Below, piece after piece: positions 52,317 through 64,000 of a DNA stretch of 64,000 nt. Source of the stretch: Leptolyngbyaceae cyanobacterium (GTDB taxonomy: Bacteria; Cyanobacteriota; Cyanobacteriia; Phormidesmidales; Phormidesmidaceae); NCBI GenBank assembly GCA_965263355.1, contig CBDHHL010000056.1:1984001-2048000 (forward strand). The letters are read 5' to 3'. Each line of letters begins with the position of its first letter. Positions within the stretch are counted from its first letter, which is position 1. The translations under genes were made by a program, and so were the position numbers. The notes below the pieces were generated by a model that worked only from the letters and a program-made list of their open reading frames with translations, was not told where the DNA came from and did no database searches.

Positions 52317-52874
52317 TTAACTCGATGACAGTACAGAATAAATAAACTCTAGGGCCGTCATCGAACCCCCTGATTGGCTGATCGATCCAATTCCTTGAGT
52401 TGACTGGGGAGACTGCCAAAGGGTTAGATGATCTACCGCAGGATTAGCATAAAAATAACCTTGGCTCTGATCAGGCGTCGGGAAATAGGTAGTTTGATGG
52501 GTCCACCAATCATGACTCATACGATAAATTACCAAATTGCCCACCAACGGCATACCCCAGCCATCCACTGCCACCAAACGGCTAGTTCCCCCCATCCCTT
52601 GCCAGGCCTTGAGCAATGGATAAGCAACGACTACACCAGCACTGAACGCAATGACGTGTAACAAGCGATCGCACTGAGGCGCATTCGGACTCAGCAACCA
52701 GGGCAACGCTTGGGGAGCTGCCCAAATCGGCAATACCCATAAACGGTCTGGAGTGATCACCCCCAACAGGGCTTGTAAAAAAGCATGGTTTAAATCAACA
52801 GAATGGTAACCAGAACAAATCAGCAGTTGCATAGCTACAAAATGCTCCTTTAAACCGCAAAAAAACGATAGCAA
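52317..52874 (-). CDS. Hypothetical alpha/beta-hydrolase-like protein (start probably MQLLICSG)
   Basis: IAFSAGVV nucleophile-elbow-like motif, VAVDGWG and SHD. Confidence 0.6.
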   Translation of the reverse strand: MLSFFCGLKEHFVAMQLLICSGYHSVDLNHAFLQALLGVITPDRLWVLPIWAAPQALPWLLSPNAPQCDRLLHVIAFSAGVVVAYPLLKAWQGMGGTSRLVAVDGWGMPLVGNLVIYRMSHDWWTHQTTYFPTPDQSQGYFYANPAVDHLTLWQSPQSTQGIGSISQSGGSMTALEFIYSVLSSS

Positions 52875-53166
52875 GGTAAAAAAACATTGCGATGGTTGTT
52901 AACCATAGTTTATTTACTAGCTGATTTAAGTTGATTTTCCAGACAAATATTGAGTCTTTATTAAAGACGCTACCACCTAGATTCAAGGTGGGAAAAAATA
53001 ATACTAGCCTGAAGCAGGGATCATTCTTACAGAGGCGATCCCCGCGATTAGTCTGAATGATATAAGTCTTGACTCGTGCCATTCAAACTACTTTTGAGCA
53101 TGGATTTTTTTGCGAACATATCTCGTTAAAATTACGGTTGAAATGACATAGTTCTGAGTATTAAAC

Positions 53167-53200
53167 ATAGTCACATAGCCAAGATAGTGACATAGCCAAG
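53167..53200. repeat. 17-bp tandem repeat upstream of the ComFB-like gene
   Basis: ATAGTCACATAGCCAAG / ATAGTGACATAGCCAAG (one mismatch). Confidence 0.7.
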
Positions 53201-53258
53201 ACTCTGCCACCCATGCCCCTGGCTAACTAATCACAATCCAGAATCGGAGATCCTCACG

Positions 53259-53591
53259 ATGGCTAACACCCTTATTAATATCGCACTACCCGTCGTCAAC
53301 GAAATTATCGATGATGTACTGGCCGCTGGGCCTTCGGCTTCCTATCGAGAAACATTTACCAGCTCTGATGATGCTCGCGATCGGTTAGCTACATTTGTGC
53401 TAAGTCGTTTGCCTGCCCGCTATATGACGATTGCTGATAGCGACTGCTCCTTAGAATTTCCCAGAAACTGCTACTCTGCTGAGCAACATCGCCAGATTCG
53501 TCAATTAGTGCATCAAGGGATCCAAAAGGTGTTAGCTCGCCCCGTTTCACCAACACCAGAAACCTTGATTCCCTCCTCTTGGTTCGGTTAA
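53259..53591 (+). CDS. ComFB (late competence development) family protein
   Basis: N-terminal LIN...V, 'LATFVLSRLPARY' core and C-terminal 'GIQKV' fit the cyanobacterial ComFB-like pattern. GGAG RBS. Confidence 0.55.
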   Translation: MANTLINIALPVVNEIIDDVLAAGPSASYRETFTSSDDARDRLATFVLSRLPARYMTIADSDCSLEFPRNCYSAEQHRQIRQLVHQGIQKVLARPVSPTPETLIPSSWFG

Positions 53592-53923
53592 TAAGCTGCG
53601 TATCCAGTATCAGTCTCTTAGTCCTAAGCCCTTTATACATCCAACTTTAGGATAATCATGGGGACTATTAAACCGTTTCACCAACGGCATTTATCTTAAA
53701 ATCTGCTTTCAACGTTCGGTTCTACCCCATAGCCATGGGGGGAAGCTTACCAGTAGTCTCTAATTAAGCCTTGTTCATGTTTAGAATTCTAGTTTTTCCG
53801 CTGAGGTTACTCTAGGTTTCAACTTGGACATGGCTGGTGTGGTGCCCGTATCCGCTATTGCTAGCTGATCGCGGGTAGCGCAGGCTATATGCATCTAGGG
53901 GCCAATGGTGGCTAGGGGCCATA

Positions 53924-55426
53924 GTGGAGAAGTTTTTACCAACAATTAGTAGCTTGGTAGCCTTGGGAGAACTTGGGGCTGAGTTAACGGATTGGGAAGT
54001 TCTAAATACAGGGAATGCCGGGGAAACTCGCCATCAGGATCAATCAAAACGAGCTGAGACAGAATGGCAAGGGGCAATTTTGTCCCTAGGGCATTTACTG
54101 CAACAAACTCTGAGCTACAGTAACGACCAACAAACCATTCAATCTCGTCAAGCGTCAAAGTCTTGGAAAACAATGCCCAAAAGACCGGCTGGTTTACTGG
54201 TCAGTGGTCCGTTTCCGGTGCTTGATGCACCTGAATTAACTACTCAACTCTCTAATTGGGTATTCATCCCCCCCCCATTAGATCAGCTCTCCCAGGCATT
54301 TTCCCAACTGATGCCTGCTGATGAGCATCCCCCCATAGACACATCGGCTGCCCGAATTTTGCCCCTGATTGACGGCGATCCATTAGCGGGTGAACGCTTT
54401 TGTTTATTGCTGACCCAACAGTTTAGTGTGGTGATAGTGCTGGGACGCGATGCTGACAATGACCTGCGATTCCAGTTTTCGTTTACACCGGATGTAATTA
54501 ATCAGGTATGGCTGCTGCTGCGATCGCGCATCTGCATGACCACCCCCAAACAGCTAGACTTTCTCGATCCGCTGGTAAAAACCTTTACACCAACAGAGCC
54601 TAACTATCGAATTGTCAGTCAGTTTAGCCGTTGGATGTTATCGTCACTGCCTATACCAAAACCTCACCCGATCATAGAACGGATTGTCACTCCTCCCGAC
54701 GAATCGAACTCTAACAATGACGTCCATGGTTTAGATACTGAACTCCTGAAAGCCATGGCCCATGAAATTCGTACCCCCCTCACGACCATCCGCACCTTGA
54801 CCCGTTCCCTAATTCGCCGCCAGGATTTAGTTGATAAGGCGAAGCAGCGTCTGCAACAAATTGACAAGGCCTGCACTCAGCAAATTGATCGCTTTAATCT
54901 GATTTTCAAAGCTGTTGAGCTAGAAGCTTCAACGCACAAAGGTCATCGTTCATGCCTGACTGCTACCGCCCTGAGTGACATTATCGAGTCTGCCATTCCC
55001 CAATGGGAGCAAGCCGCCACCCGACGCAATCTCAACCTTGAGGTAACACTACCTAGAAATTTACCTATGGTGGCTAGCGATCCTACCCTGTTGCAACAAG
55101 TTCTTACTGGTTTAGTAGAACTTTTCACTCATACAGTGAGGCCAAAAGGCCAAATTCAGATGCATGTGATGTCGGCTGGCGATCAACTCAAACTAGAATT
55201 TCAGGCCGCAGTTAACCCGCTCTGTGACCAACATAGCCCCACCTTGAAATCCTTGGGCAAGTTACTGATGTTCCAACCAGACACAGGGGGCCTGAGTCTG
55301 AATTTACAAACGACAAAAGCACTTTTTGCCGCCCTAGGTGCTAAGCTCACTGTTCGAGAACGGCCCGGTGGCATCACTTGGATGGTCTTTTTGCCAATCG
55401 AAACCGCTGATTATCCGATTGTATAG
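53924..55426 (+). CDS. hik34: Cyanobacterial sensor histidine kinase Hik34-type
   Basis: H-box MAHEIRTPLTTIRTLTR; atypical HATPase region LLMFQPDTGGLSLNL without canonical G-boxes. Confidence 0.75.
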   Translation: MEKFLPTISSLVALGELGAELTDWEVLNTGNAGETRHQDQSKRAETEWQGAILSLGHLLQQTLSYSNDQQTIQSRQASKSWKTMPKRPAGLLVSGPFPVLDAPELTTQLSNWVFIPPPLDQLSQAFSQLMPADEHPPIDTSAARILPLIDGDPLAGERFCLLLTQQFSVVIVLGRDADNDLRFQFSFTPDVINQVWLLLRSRICMTTPKQLDFLDPLVKTFTPTEPNYRIVSQFSRWMLSSLPIPKPHPIIERIVTPPDESNSNNDVHGLDTELLKAMAHEIRTPLTTIRTLTRSLIRRQDLVDKAKQRLQQIDKACTQQIDRFNLIFKAVELEASTHKGHRSCLTATALSDIIESAIPQWEQAATRRNLNLEVTLPRNLPMVASDPTLLQQVLTGLVELFTHTVRPKGQIQMHVMSAGDQLKLEFQAAVNPLCDQHSPTLKSLGKLLMFQPDTGGLSLNLQTTKALFAALGAKLTVRERPGGITWMVFLPIETADYPIV

Positions 55427-55466
55427 ATGCGTTGCGACGTATTTACTTGCTAAAAGACATTTATGA

Positions 55467-56423
55467 CTAGAAGGGCAACTTCTTCTTACTCTCGCGTCCG
55501 CTCTCAAAGTCCAGCTCTTTTAGCTTCTTGAGAATACGATTAAAGTACTCACCTAAATACTCTTCAACGGTCGTAATTTCAGACTTTTCTAACCCAAAGA
55601 CACTATAAACTTCATCCATCTCAGCATCCAGGGGTGTACTACCTGCACTCACCTCAGCAAACGCCAACCGGTCAGCAAATTGCCACCCCCACTGGAAAAA
55701 GTTAGCAAACTTACGCACACCGCGTAGCAAGCCCAGGGACATAGTTGAAACTTTGGCGTCTTCTCCAGAAAGGCGCTCACATAGACGTACCAGCTCGTAA
55801 CCGCCCCACGCGCGAGTACCCGCCAAGGGAAAAGAGCGCTTGTTAGTTTCGGGTATGGTCAGTGCCCTAACCGCAAATCGGGCAATATCCTGGGTATTCA
55901 TATAAGCAATGGGAGCAGCTTCACCCATAACCCAAATCGCCTGTTTTTCTAAAAGTGGCACTGCATACTGACCAATTAAGCCTTGCAAAAAGCCACAGGG
56001 TCTCAGAATTGTATAGTTAAGCCCCGATTCCTCCAGAAACTTTTCTGTACAGTGCTTAACATCCATCAACGGCACATGGGGATACTTCTCACAATTGAGG
56101 ATCGAAATAAATACGTATTTTTCTACATTGGCATCCAGGGCTGCCTTGATCAGGTTGACCTTGCCATACCAATCAACATCATAGGCCGAATCCTGGGGTC
56201 GAGACGTAGCGGCATCGATCACAGCCGTTACGTCTTCGAAACAGGGCGGTAGCGATTTGGGGCCACAAAGATTAGCCTGTACCAGCTGCGCTCCCCACTC
56301 CCGAAGAAATGAAGCCTTCTGGAAGTTACGCACCAGGCATTTAACGTCATACCCTTCATCCAAGGCATTACGAACAATCTGACGACCCAGCGTGCCCGTT
56401 GCACCAACCACCAATATGCTCAT
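55467..56423 (-). CDS. ycf39: Ycf39 atypical short-chain dehydrogenase (PSII assembly)
   Basis: ILVVGATGTLGRQIVR.ALDEGY, FLREWGA and YMNTQDIARF; adjacent to petM. Confidence 0.9.
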   Translation of the reverse strand: MSILVVGATGTLGRQIVRNALDEGYDVKCLVRNFQKASFLREWGAQLVQANLCGPKSLPPCFEDVTAVIDAATSRPQDSAYDVDWYGKVNLIKAALDANVEKYVFISILNCEKYPHVPLMDVKHCTEKFLEESGLNYTILRPCGFLQGLIGQYAVPLLEKQAIWVMGEAAPIAYMNTQDIARFAVRALTIPETNKRSFPLAGTRAWGGYELVRLCERLSGEDAKVSTMSLGLLRGVRKFANFFQWGWQFADRLAFAEVSAGSTPLDAEMDEVYSVFGLEKSEITTVEEYLGEYFNRILKKLKELDFESGRESKKKLPF

Positions 56424-56495
56424 GGAGGACTCTAAACAAAACTTAACGCTTTACTCAGCTTAACAGACCTCGTATCGTTCGGAAACAAGATAAAG

Positions 56496-56537
56496 AACAA
56501 TCAGCGCACCAAGGCAAGCCCTAGTGCGCTGATTGTT
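56496..56537. terminator. Hairpin between petM and ycf39
   Basis: 14-bp arms AACAATCAGCGCAC and GTGCGCTGATTGTT. Confidence 0.55.
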
Positions 56538-56607
56538 AACTCACTCGTAAGTATGAGCGATAATTATTAAAAGTTAGACTCAAACAAGCGACCTAGAAAG
56601 CAAAGGG

Positions 56608-56712
56608 CTATTCTTCAGCCCCTTGAAGCTTAAGCATCAAAAAGCCAACGCCCAGACCCACCATGACAATGACAAACATGGTGACCGCAATTGAAAAAAT
56701 TTCTCCGCCCAT
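56608..56712 (-). CDS. petM: Cytochrome b6f complex subunit VII
   Basis: Below the ORF-track cutoff. MGGEIFSIAVTMFVIVMVGLGVGFLMLKLQGAEE (34 aa, single TM, EIF...G..G..LLK pattern); GGAGG RBS. Confidence 0.92.
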   Translation of the reverse strand: MGGEIFSIAVTMFVIVMVGLGVGFLMLKLQGAEE

Positions 56713-56797
56713 GGTGCTTAATTATCCTCCTATATAGGCCTCCATTTTTGGATAAGCCATCGCTTAAAATTCTTTAATACATTCTAAAACAGTTTGG

Positions 56798-57265
56798 TCA
56801 CCTATCTTCAGTTAGGTCAACCTGCCATTGCTCATGGGCTGGACTAAAGCCGCCCCATTCTTCTTCATTAACCAACCCTGGATCACTTACTTTCTCAAAC
56901 CCTGAAAGGATAGCCAAACGCCTCAAGGGTTGAGCGCCTAAGTAGAGTTCACCATTGATTTCCCAGGTGGGATAGGCATCGATACCCACTAGATTACATA
57001 GGTCCACCTGGGGATTAAGACCACGGGAGTCACACTCTACGTAGGGTAGCGACAGGGCTGCGTCGCCAAATAGTTGTTTTTGTCTAGCGCAGTGGGGACA
57101 CCAATAAGCACCATACATTTTGGCCCCCGTATCTGATAAATACTCAGCCAGTTGGAATTCATAGCTGGGAGTGATAAGCGAGTTGAATGAAACAGTTTGG
57201 CAGCTTGCGATCGCTGCCCCCATCACTATCCCCAAGCAGCCCATTAATGAACTTTTTTGAATCAT
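56798..57265 (-). CDS. Thioredoxin-like (VKOR-associated type) lipoprotein
   Basis: Lipobox-like IASC; MYGAYWCPHC, LPYVEC and YPTWEING. Confidence 0.8.
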   Translation of the reverse strand: MIQKSSLMGCLGIVMGAAIASCQTVSFNSLITPSYEFQLAEYLSDTGAKMYGAYWCPHCARQKQLFGDAALSLPYVECDSRGLNPQVDLCNLVGIDAYPTWEINGELYLGAQPLRRLAILSGFEKVSDPGLVNEEEWGGFSPAHEQWQVDLTEDR

Positions 57266-57286
57266 GACACCTGCCCCGAACAACGA

Positions 57287-57365
57287 CAATTAAACCTTGT
57301 CCACGTCCAGAACGGTCGTTTTTCTAGTGAAGAATCTACAGGTTTCATCAACTTGGACGTGATTT
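57287..57365. repeat. Dispersed ~77-bp repeat, copy 2 (MITE-like)
   Basis: CAATTAAACCTTGTCCACGTCCAGAACGGTC...GAAGAATCTACAGGTTT...CTTGGACGTGATTTA. Confidence 0.8.
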
Positions 57366-57572
57366 AACTAACATCGCCCTCCTCATGCGACTAGCTGGCT
57401 TCAACCGCCCGAAATTGTGGGTGATGATTTCCAGGGTGGTTTCCCGCACACGATTCCTAAGGAAGCTGCCACAATGGAACCAACTTTTGACCAATGGTCC
57501 ACATCCTCAACAGTGCCTTCACTAGGGCTAAGAGTTTTTTTGAGGGCCGTGATTGTCTTAGAGAATGACCCC

Positions 57573-58751
57573 ATGAAGCCTTTTGATCTACCCACGCCGT
57601 TTAGCGATCTTATTACCCGGTGGCTAATCACTTGTTTTTCCACCGTAGTACTATTTTTGTCTGGTATCCAACCAGTAGACGCCCTCACCCAGACAGCCGT
57701 TGAAGCACCAGCGCCGTTATCAGGTGAAAGCTTTGTTGCTGCCGCCGTAAAACGAGTTGGTGACGCCGTTGTCCGCATCGACACTGAGCGTACCATCACC
57801 CGTAACGTCCCAGATTTACTCTACGACGATCCCCTATTTAGAGGCTTCTTTGGACCCGATACATTTCAACGTATCCCTCATCAAGAAAGGCTCAGCGGCC
57901 AGGGATCTGGCTTCATCGTAGATAGCAACGGCTACATTCTCACTAATGCCCATGTCGTCAATCAAGCTGATCGCGTTACCGTCACCCTTAAAGATGGTCG
58001 TCACTTTGATGGCACGGTTGAAGGGGCTGATGAGCTGACTGATCTAGCCGTCGTCAAAATCGATGCAGACAATGAAAACCTGCCTGTAGCTTCCTTAGGA
58101 AACTCTGACACCGTAGACGTCGGCGACTGGGCAATCGCCGTAGGTAACCCCCTAGGATTAGATAACACCGTTACCCTTGGTATCGTCAGTACCCTTAAGC
58201 GCTCGAGTGCAACCGTTGGCATCCCCGATAAACGGCTTGATTTCATTCAAACGGATGCAGCTATCAATCCCGGTAATTCAGGTGGTCCCCTCCTAAACAG
58301 TCAAGGCGACGTCATCGGCATTAATACAGCAATTCGTGCAGATGCTATGGGTATTGGCTTCGCTATCCCCATTAATAAAGCTAAATCGATTCAAACTCAG
58401 CTTGCTCACGGTGAACGTATCGCCCATCCATATCTAGGTGTTCAAATTGCTGATTTAACTCCAGAAATGGCAAAGCGTAACAATGACGATCCTAATGCCA
58501 GTATGCTCATTCCAGAAGTGAATGGCGTTTTAGTTGTGCGTGTTCTGCCTGATACACCTGCTGCTAATGCAGGTCTGCGCCGGGGTGATGTGATTACTGA
58601 AATCGATGGTGAGCAGTTTGAAACCGCTAATCAACTCCAAACGTACGTTGATCAAGTCAAAGTTGGTCAGCGCCTAAGACTCAGTCTGCGTCGGGGCGAG
58701 CAAACTCAAACCCTCACTGTTAAAGCTGCCGAACTGGATCTTGACACATAG
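57573..58751 (+). CDS. hhoA: HtrA/DegP-family serine protease with PDZ domain (HhoA-like)
   Basis: GSGFIV, LTNAHVV, DLAVVKI and IQTDAAINPGNSGGPL; one PDZ. ATG 57573 preferred over GTG 57417. Confidence 0.88.
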   Translation: MKPFDLPTPFSDLITRWLITCFSTVVLFLSGIQPVDALTQTAVEAPAPLSGESFVAAAVKRVGDAVVRIDTERTITRNVPDLLYDDPLFRGFFGPDTFQRIPHQERLSGQGSGFIVDSNGYILTNAHVVNQADRVTVTLKDGRHFDGTVEGADELTDLAVVKIDADNENLPVASLGNSDTVDVGDWAIAVGNPLGLDNTVTLGIVSTLKRSSATVGIPDKRLDFIQTDAAINPGNSGGPLLNSQGDVIGINTAIRADAMGIGFAIPINKAKSIQTQLAHGERIAHPYLGVQIADLTPEMAKRNNDDPNASMLIPEVNGVLVVRVLPDTPAANAGLRRGDVITEIDGEQFETANQLQTYVDQVKVGQRLRLSLRRGEQTQTLTVKAAELDLDT

Positions 58752-58773
58752 TTTTAGCGTTTTGCACATAACG

Positions 58774-58808
58774 CAAAAAGGGATGGGGCTTAGCCCTATC
58801 CCTTTTTG
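58774..58808. terminator. Bidirectional terminator hhoA/rpoC2
   Basis: CAAAAAGGGATGGGGC-TTA-GCCCTATCCCTTTTTG. Confidence 0.8.
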
Positions 58809-58869
58809 TATACATTGTCGTCAAAGACTCTCCCAAATTGTAAAAGCCACAAGCCTTTACAAATAGCCC

Positions 58870-61800
58870 TTAAGGAGCAGCCGTTTTATCATCAATCAAT
58901 GCATTATCATCCAAAAACGGTGATGGGGGGGCTGTCTTAGGATCAGCTCCTTCTGGTGCAGGCGTTCCAGGAGCACCACCCAACATATCATCCGTAAACA
59001 TATTGAGCCCACCTTCACGATCATAAGCACGGGCAGTACGGTCATCCAGAACCATATCCTGTAAAGCCATATCATCCGACAGAAATGCCTTATCAAAGGC
59101 CGGGTCAATCTCTGGTGTTGAACGCTCTTCATACGCGTTAAACCCGGTTCCAGCAGGAATCAAACGACCAATAATGACATTCTCCTTGAGACCTCGTAAC
59201 CAGTCAGACTTACCTTCAATCGCCGCTTCCGTCAGGACCCGAGTGGTCTCCTGGAAACTCGCCGCTGAAATAAAGCTATCGGTATTCAGAGACGCCTTGG
59301 TAATCCCCAGTAGTACAGGAGTATACTCAGCTGGAGCCCCCCCGGTGATAGACATCGCTTCATTCACCTGCTCTAGCTGACGAATCTCCACAAGTTCTCC
59401 AGGTAGCATCGTCGTATCACCACCGTCCTCTACACGAGCCTTAGACGTCATCTGCCTGACAATCACTTCAATGTGTTTGTCAGCAATATCAATACCCTGA
59501 GACTGGTATACAGACTGGACCTCATTCACCAAGAACGTTTGCACCTGCTGCAGACTAATCATCGCAGACTCATGCACACCTTTACTCTCACGGTGATACT
59601 TAAAGAAGAACTCAAGAATTTGATGAGGATTGAGAGGGCCATCGGTCAATGGTTCTGCTAGGCTCACCTGCTGACTATCAGAGACAATCATCGGCTGCCC
59701 AGGAGCAATTGGGTACTCTGTCACCACACCATCGTCTTCAACAATCTTCACTTCTACTGTTTCATCATCACCATAAACAACCTGGGCACTACCAGGTCGT
59801 TCTGCTAAGACACAAGCTTCCTTAGGCTTACGAGCCTCCAGCAGCTCTTCAATACGAGGTAGACCTTGAATAATATCACCAGTCTTAGCTCGCTCAAAGA
59901 TCAGTAGTACTAAGTTATCACCTCGTTGGACCAAGTCACCGTCCTCAATATGGAGAACCGCACCTGTCGATACTCGATAAGGACGCGCAATACGTAGAAC
60001 CACACTGCCATCGCTCACATCAACAACCTGACCAGATTCTTGAGAAGCAATCCCTTCAGCTAAAACATGACCATCAACTATTAAGTCACCAGCTTTCACC
60101 ACTGGAGACTTACCCTGTAAATCAAAGGTTATCAAATCGCTATTGCGAACAACCAGAATACGGCGGACAGACTCGACATCTTGACGAATACCACGGACTT
60201 CCCCAGCCTCTTTGACCTGGATCTCAGTACGGGCAACAACAGCACCAGGTTGTATCTCCTGACCTTCTTCTACAAGCAAGTGAGTTTGGGTACTTCCTTG
60301 AGTTTGATCAGCCGCAATGTCACGACGAATGACTAAAGTCTCCAGAATAACTAACTGGAGTCGCTGAACATCAGGGTTCTCCCGATCAGATATCAGCTCA
60401 ATATCTGCCGTCAGCTGTGACGGCTCATCCACATTGAGGACCAGCTGAGTTCGCAGAAGCTCCACACCATCAACCGATTTAACCCGCTCACCATCCTTAT
60501 AAAAGACACGTTGAATCGCAGCAATGCCAATGGAATTATCATCACTGTCACTAACCGAATATTGGCGAGGAACTTCAGGAACTTCAGGAACTTCAAATTC
60601 CTGCACAGGACGTAACAGAAGTGCGGCACCCTCTGGAGTTTCAACATACTCAACAAATCGCAGAGCCTCTGCAGTCACACCAGGAATAACTTCTTCACCA
60701 GCACTAACTAAAACACCATCTTTACCACTGGTGGCATCTGGGCTATCTACCATGTGGATAGCCCCCGGTTTAATGACAATCTCCCGTAGAATGTCATTTT
60801 TCTGAGTCACTTCAACCACGCCGCTCATTTGGCAGAAGATGTCCTTAACGACTTCGGTGCCAGCCTCAATGTACTGACCATCTTCCACCATTAACAGGGA
60901 TATATCCTTATTAACCTCATGGGCCTCTTCTGGAATCCACAGAATTGTTCCCCCTTGGGTTACCTCATAGCCCTGTTTACCCTTACTTTTCTTAGCAACC
61001 TCCACACCCGAAAACTTAATGATGCCACCACTTTGAGTATGGTAAGTATCATCTACCAATTCTGCAATTACTTGGCCACCGTTTACCTTGGCACCTGGTG
61101 TAGCGATCAAAGAGTAACGCACCCCTTTATCTGTCTGGAGAAAATAATGTTCCCGCCCTTGTCCGCTTTCAACGCTTACTTCAGTGGTATCCAACATCAC
61201 CGAGGCCGTAATAATTTCAACTTCACGGCTACCCTTACTGTCAGACCGATCAGGTAAGCGCACCACACCTCCTCTTTCAGTAACAATTTTGGTTTCAGCC
61301 AAAATGCCACTCGAATCGATCATGTCACCATTTTTAACTGTAGGCTCTGCACCAGGGGGAAGGTTATATACCTCACCAGAAAGCACCCACAACAAGCCTC
61401 CACGTTGAGCCATCTTAGTAATATTGCCCTGGCGGTCCTTTTTCTCTTCTTGCACTAGGCCAGCAAACAATACCTCACCTGACATATCAGAGGTAACGTC
61501 CTTACTGGCTTTCTCTGTCACTTTACGAACCCGACCAGTAGTAGGCAATTCTGCAATTAGGTCTCCTTTTTCCAGGGTAGCCCCATTAGCCACAAAGACA
61601 ATTGAGCCTTGAGGTAAGGAAACAACACGTGTCTTACTATTCTCCATAACGAGCTTGGCTTCCGTGTTTGCCTCCATCACCAGGGCATCTTCACCATGGC
61701 GAGTCCGGAAAGCTCGACTCCGCACTTCTTCAGGCATTTGGAACGTACCAGCCACCTTGGCACGAACTTGAGGAGCTAATTCACCAGTAAAGGTGCCACC

Positions 61801-62844
61801 TGTGTGGAATGTACGCATGGTAAGCTGAGTACCCGGTTCACCAATAGATTGGGCAGCAATAATCCCTACAGCTTCACCCAAATCCACCATGTGGGAGTGG
61901 GCTAAGCTCCAACCATAGCAGTGTTGACATACAGAACGGGCTGCTTCACAGGTCAGCGCAGAACGCACTTTAACTTCTTTAATCCCAGAAGCATCAACAG
62001 CTTTAGCCATATCCGCGTCCAAGGGTTGATTGCGCGGCACAACCACCTCACCTGTTTCAGGATGAATAGCATCTTCAGCCAAAACTCGGCCTAACAGCTT
62101 ATCTTCAAGCGAAATTAACACCCGCTCACCATCAGTCATGGCACTTAATGGGATACAGCGATCAGTACCACAGTCAATTTCACGAATAATGACATCCTGC
62201 GATACGTCCACCAAGCGGCGGGTCAGATAACCAGAATCTGCTGTGCGTAGCGCAGTATCTACAAGACCTTTACGCGCACCATAGGAAGAAATAATATACT
62301 CGGTAACAGTCAACCCTTCTCGGAAATTAGTCTTAATCGGCAGGTCAATAATTTCCCCTTGAGGATTCGCCATCAATCCTCTCATACCCACTAGCTGACG
62401 TACCTGAGAGATATTACCGCGAGCCCCAGAGAATGCCATCATGTAGACCGAGTTAAGTGGATTATTCTCCTTGAAATTACGGACTACTTCATTTTTCAGC
62501 TCTTCGCTGGTTTCGTTCCAGGTATCAATTACTTTCTGGAATCGCTCTACCTCTGTAATCTCTCCCCGAGTGTAGCGCTCCTCCGTATCGCGAATTTCCT
62601 GCTCTGCAGCATCTAGGAGTTTGCGCTTACTAGGAGGCACTTGCAAATCTTCAACACTGATGGAAACCCCGGCACGGGTAGCATATTTAAAGCCAAGGGA
62701 CTTGATCTCATCAGCCATGGCTGATGTACGAGCTGTACCATAATTATCAAATGACCAAGAGATCAGCTTCTTTAGCTGCTTCTTATCAATAATGCGATTG
62801 CGAAAAATAATGGAGTTGGCTTGTTCGTTACCTTGATCTGCCAT
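58870..62844 (-). CDS. rpoC2: RNA polymerase subunit beta' (RpoC2)
   Basis: [49 protein letters not shown] and [12 protein letters not shown]; large SI3 insertion. Confidence 0.98.
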   Translation of the reverse strand: MADQGNEQANSIIFRNRIIDKKQLKKLISWSFDNYGTARTSAMADEIKSLGFKYATRAGVSISVEDLQVPPSKRKLLDAAEQEIRDTEERYTRGEITEVERFQKVIDTWNETSEELKNEVVRNFKENNPLNSVYMMAFSGARGNISQVRQLVGMRGLMANPQGEIIDLPIKTNFREGLTVTEYIISSYGARKGLVDTALRTADSGYLTRRLVDVSQDVIIREIDCGTDRCIPLSAMTDGERVLISLEDKLLGRVLAEDAIHPETGEVVVPRNQPLDADMAKAVDASGIKEVKVRSALTCEAARSVCQHCYGWSLAHSHMVDLGEAVGIIAAQSIGEPGTQLTMRTFHTGGTFTGELAPQVRAKVAGTFQMPEEVRSRAFRTRHGEDALVMEANTEAKLVMENSKTRVVSLPQGSIVFVANGATLEKGDLIAELPTTGRVRKVTEKASKDVTSDMSGEVLFAGLVQEEKKDRQGNITKMAQRGGLLWVLSGEVYNLPPGAEPTVKNGDMIDSSGILAETKIVTERGGVVRLPDRSDSKGSREVEIITASVMLDTTEVSVESGQGREHYFLQTDKGVRYSLIATPGAKVNGGQVIAELVDDTYHTQSGGIIKFSGVEVAKKSKGKQGYEVTQGGTILWIPEEAHEVNKDISLLMVEDGQYIEAGTEVVKDIFCQMSGVVEVTQKNDILREIVIKPGAIHMVDSPDATSGKDGVLVSAGEEVIPGVTAEALRFVEYVETPEGAALLLRPVQEFEVPEVPEVPRQYSVSDSDDNSIGIAAIQRVFYKDGERVKSVDGVELLRTQLVLNVDEPSQLTADIELISDRENPDVQRLQLVILETLVIRRDIAADQTQGSTQTHLLVEEGQEIQPGAVVARTEIQVKEAGEVRGIRQDVESVRRILVVRNSDLITFDLQGKSPVVKAGDLIVDGHVLAEGIASQESGQVVDVSDGSVVLRIARPYRVSTGAVLHIEDGDLVQRGDNLVLLIFERAKTGDIIQGLPRIEELLEARKPKEACVLAERPGSAQVVYGDDETVEVKIVEDDGVVTEYPIAPGQPMIVSDSQQVSLAEPLTDGPLNPHQILEFFFKYHRESKGVHESAMISLQQVQTFLVNEVQSVYQSQGIDIADKHIEVIVRQMTSKARVEDGGDTTMLPGELVEIRQLEQVNEAMSITGGAPAEYTPVLLGITKASLNTDSFISAASFQETTRVLTEAAIEGKSDWLRGLKENVIIGRLIPAGTGFNAYEERSTPEIDPAFDKAFLSDDMALQDMVLDDRTARAYDREGGLNMFTDDMLGGAPGTPAPEGADPKTAPPSPFLDDNALIDDKTAAP

Positions 62845-62906
62845 GGGAACTCTCTGCCTCAACGGAATTAATGGCTAACTGAATAGATAAAAACGGAATT
62901 TGGGTT

Positions 62907-64000
<1,094 letters not shown>

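Larger units (their letters stand above)
2121..57214. repeat. HIP1 octamer GCGATCGC, dispersed
   Basis: At least 15 copies seen by eye, e.g. 2121, 3833, 4820, 20901, 33251 and 49431. Confidence 0.9.

Noticed and set aside
53924..55426. Histidine kinase lacking G-boxes as a pseudogene
   Set aside because: The ORF is intact and the atypical ATPase region is characteristic of Hik34.

Overview
Chromosomal window from a cyanobacterium. Evidence: frequent HIP1 octamer GCGATCGC, cpcG, petM, ycf39 and split rpoC1/rpoC2; a filamentous Leptolyngbya-like strain is an inference. It is mostly housekeeping: murJ, sfsA, desC, hisG, gyrB, miaA, mutL, plqA, an NrtR-controlled pncB-nadD-nrtR-nadE operon, dxs, mobA, cpcG, rluD, cobA/cbiX, tRNA-His, an amidase plus SpoIID, ilvB, hik34, ycf39, petM, hhoA and rpoC1/C2. 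The less ordinary elements are: (i) an 11-bp-phased array of cyanobacterial DnaA boxes between sfsA and a DUF2811 gene, with no dnaA/dnaN in the window; (ii) an accessory block beside gyrB, where a small helical-domain+TIR gene is followed by an orphan integron attC-like site and then a broken MGT glycosyltransferase; (iii) a long, divergent sedoheptulose-7-phosphate cyclase (DDG-synthase type) paired with a GT-A-like unknown protein instead of mysB/mysC; (iv) a mutL whose conserved N-terminus appears to need an ATT start; (v) a stand-alone tandem MshEN-like protein; (vi) a two-copy ~77-bp MITE-like repeat; and (vii) a decayed ~2-kb region after tRNA-His containing a GNAT pseudogene. All family assignments come from motif recognition by eye; no database searches were run.
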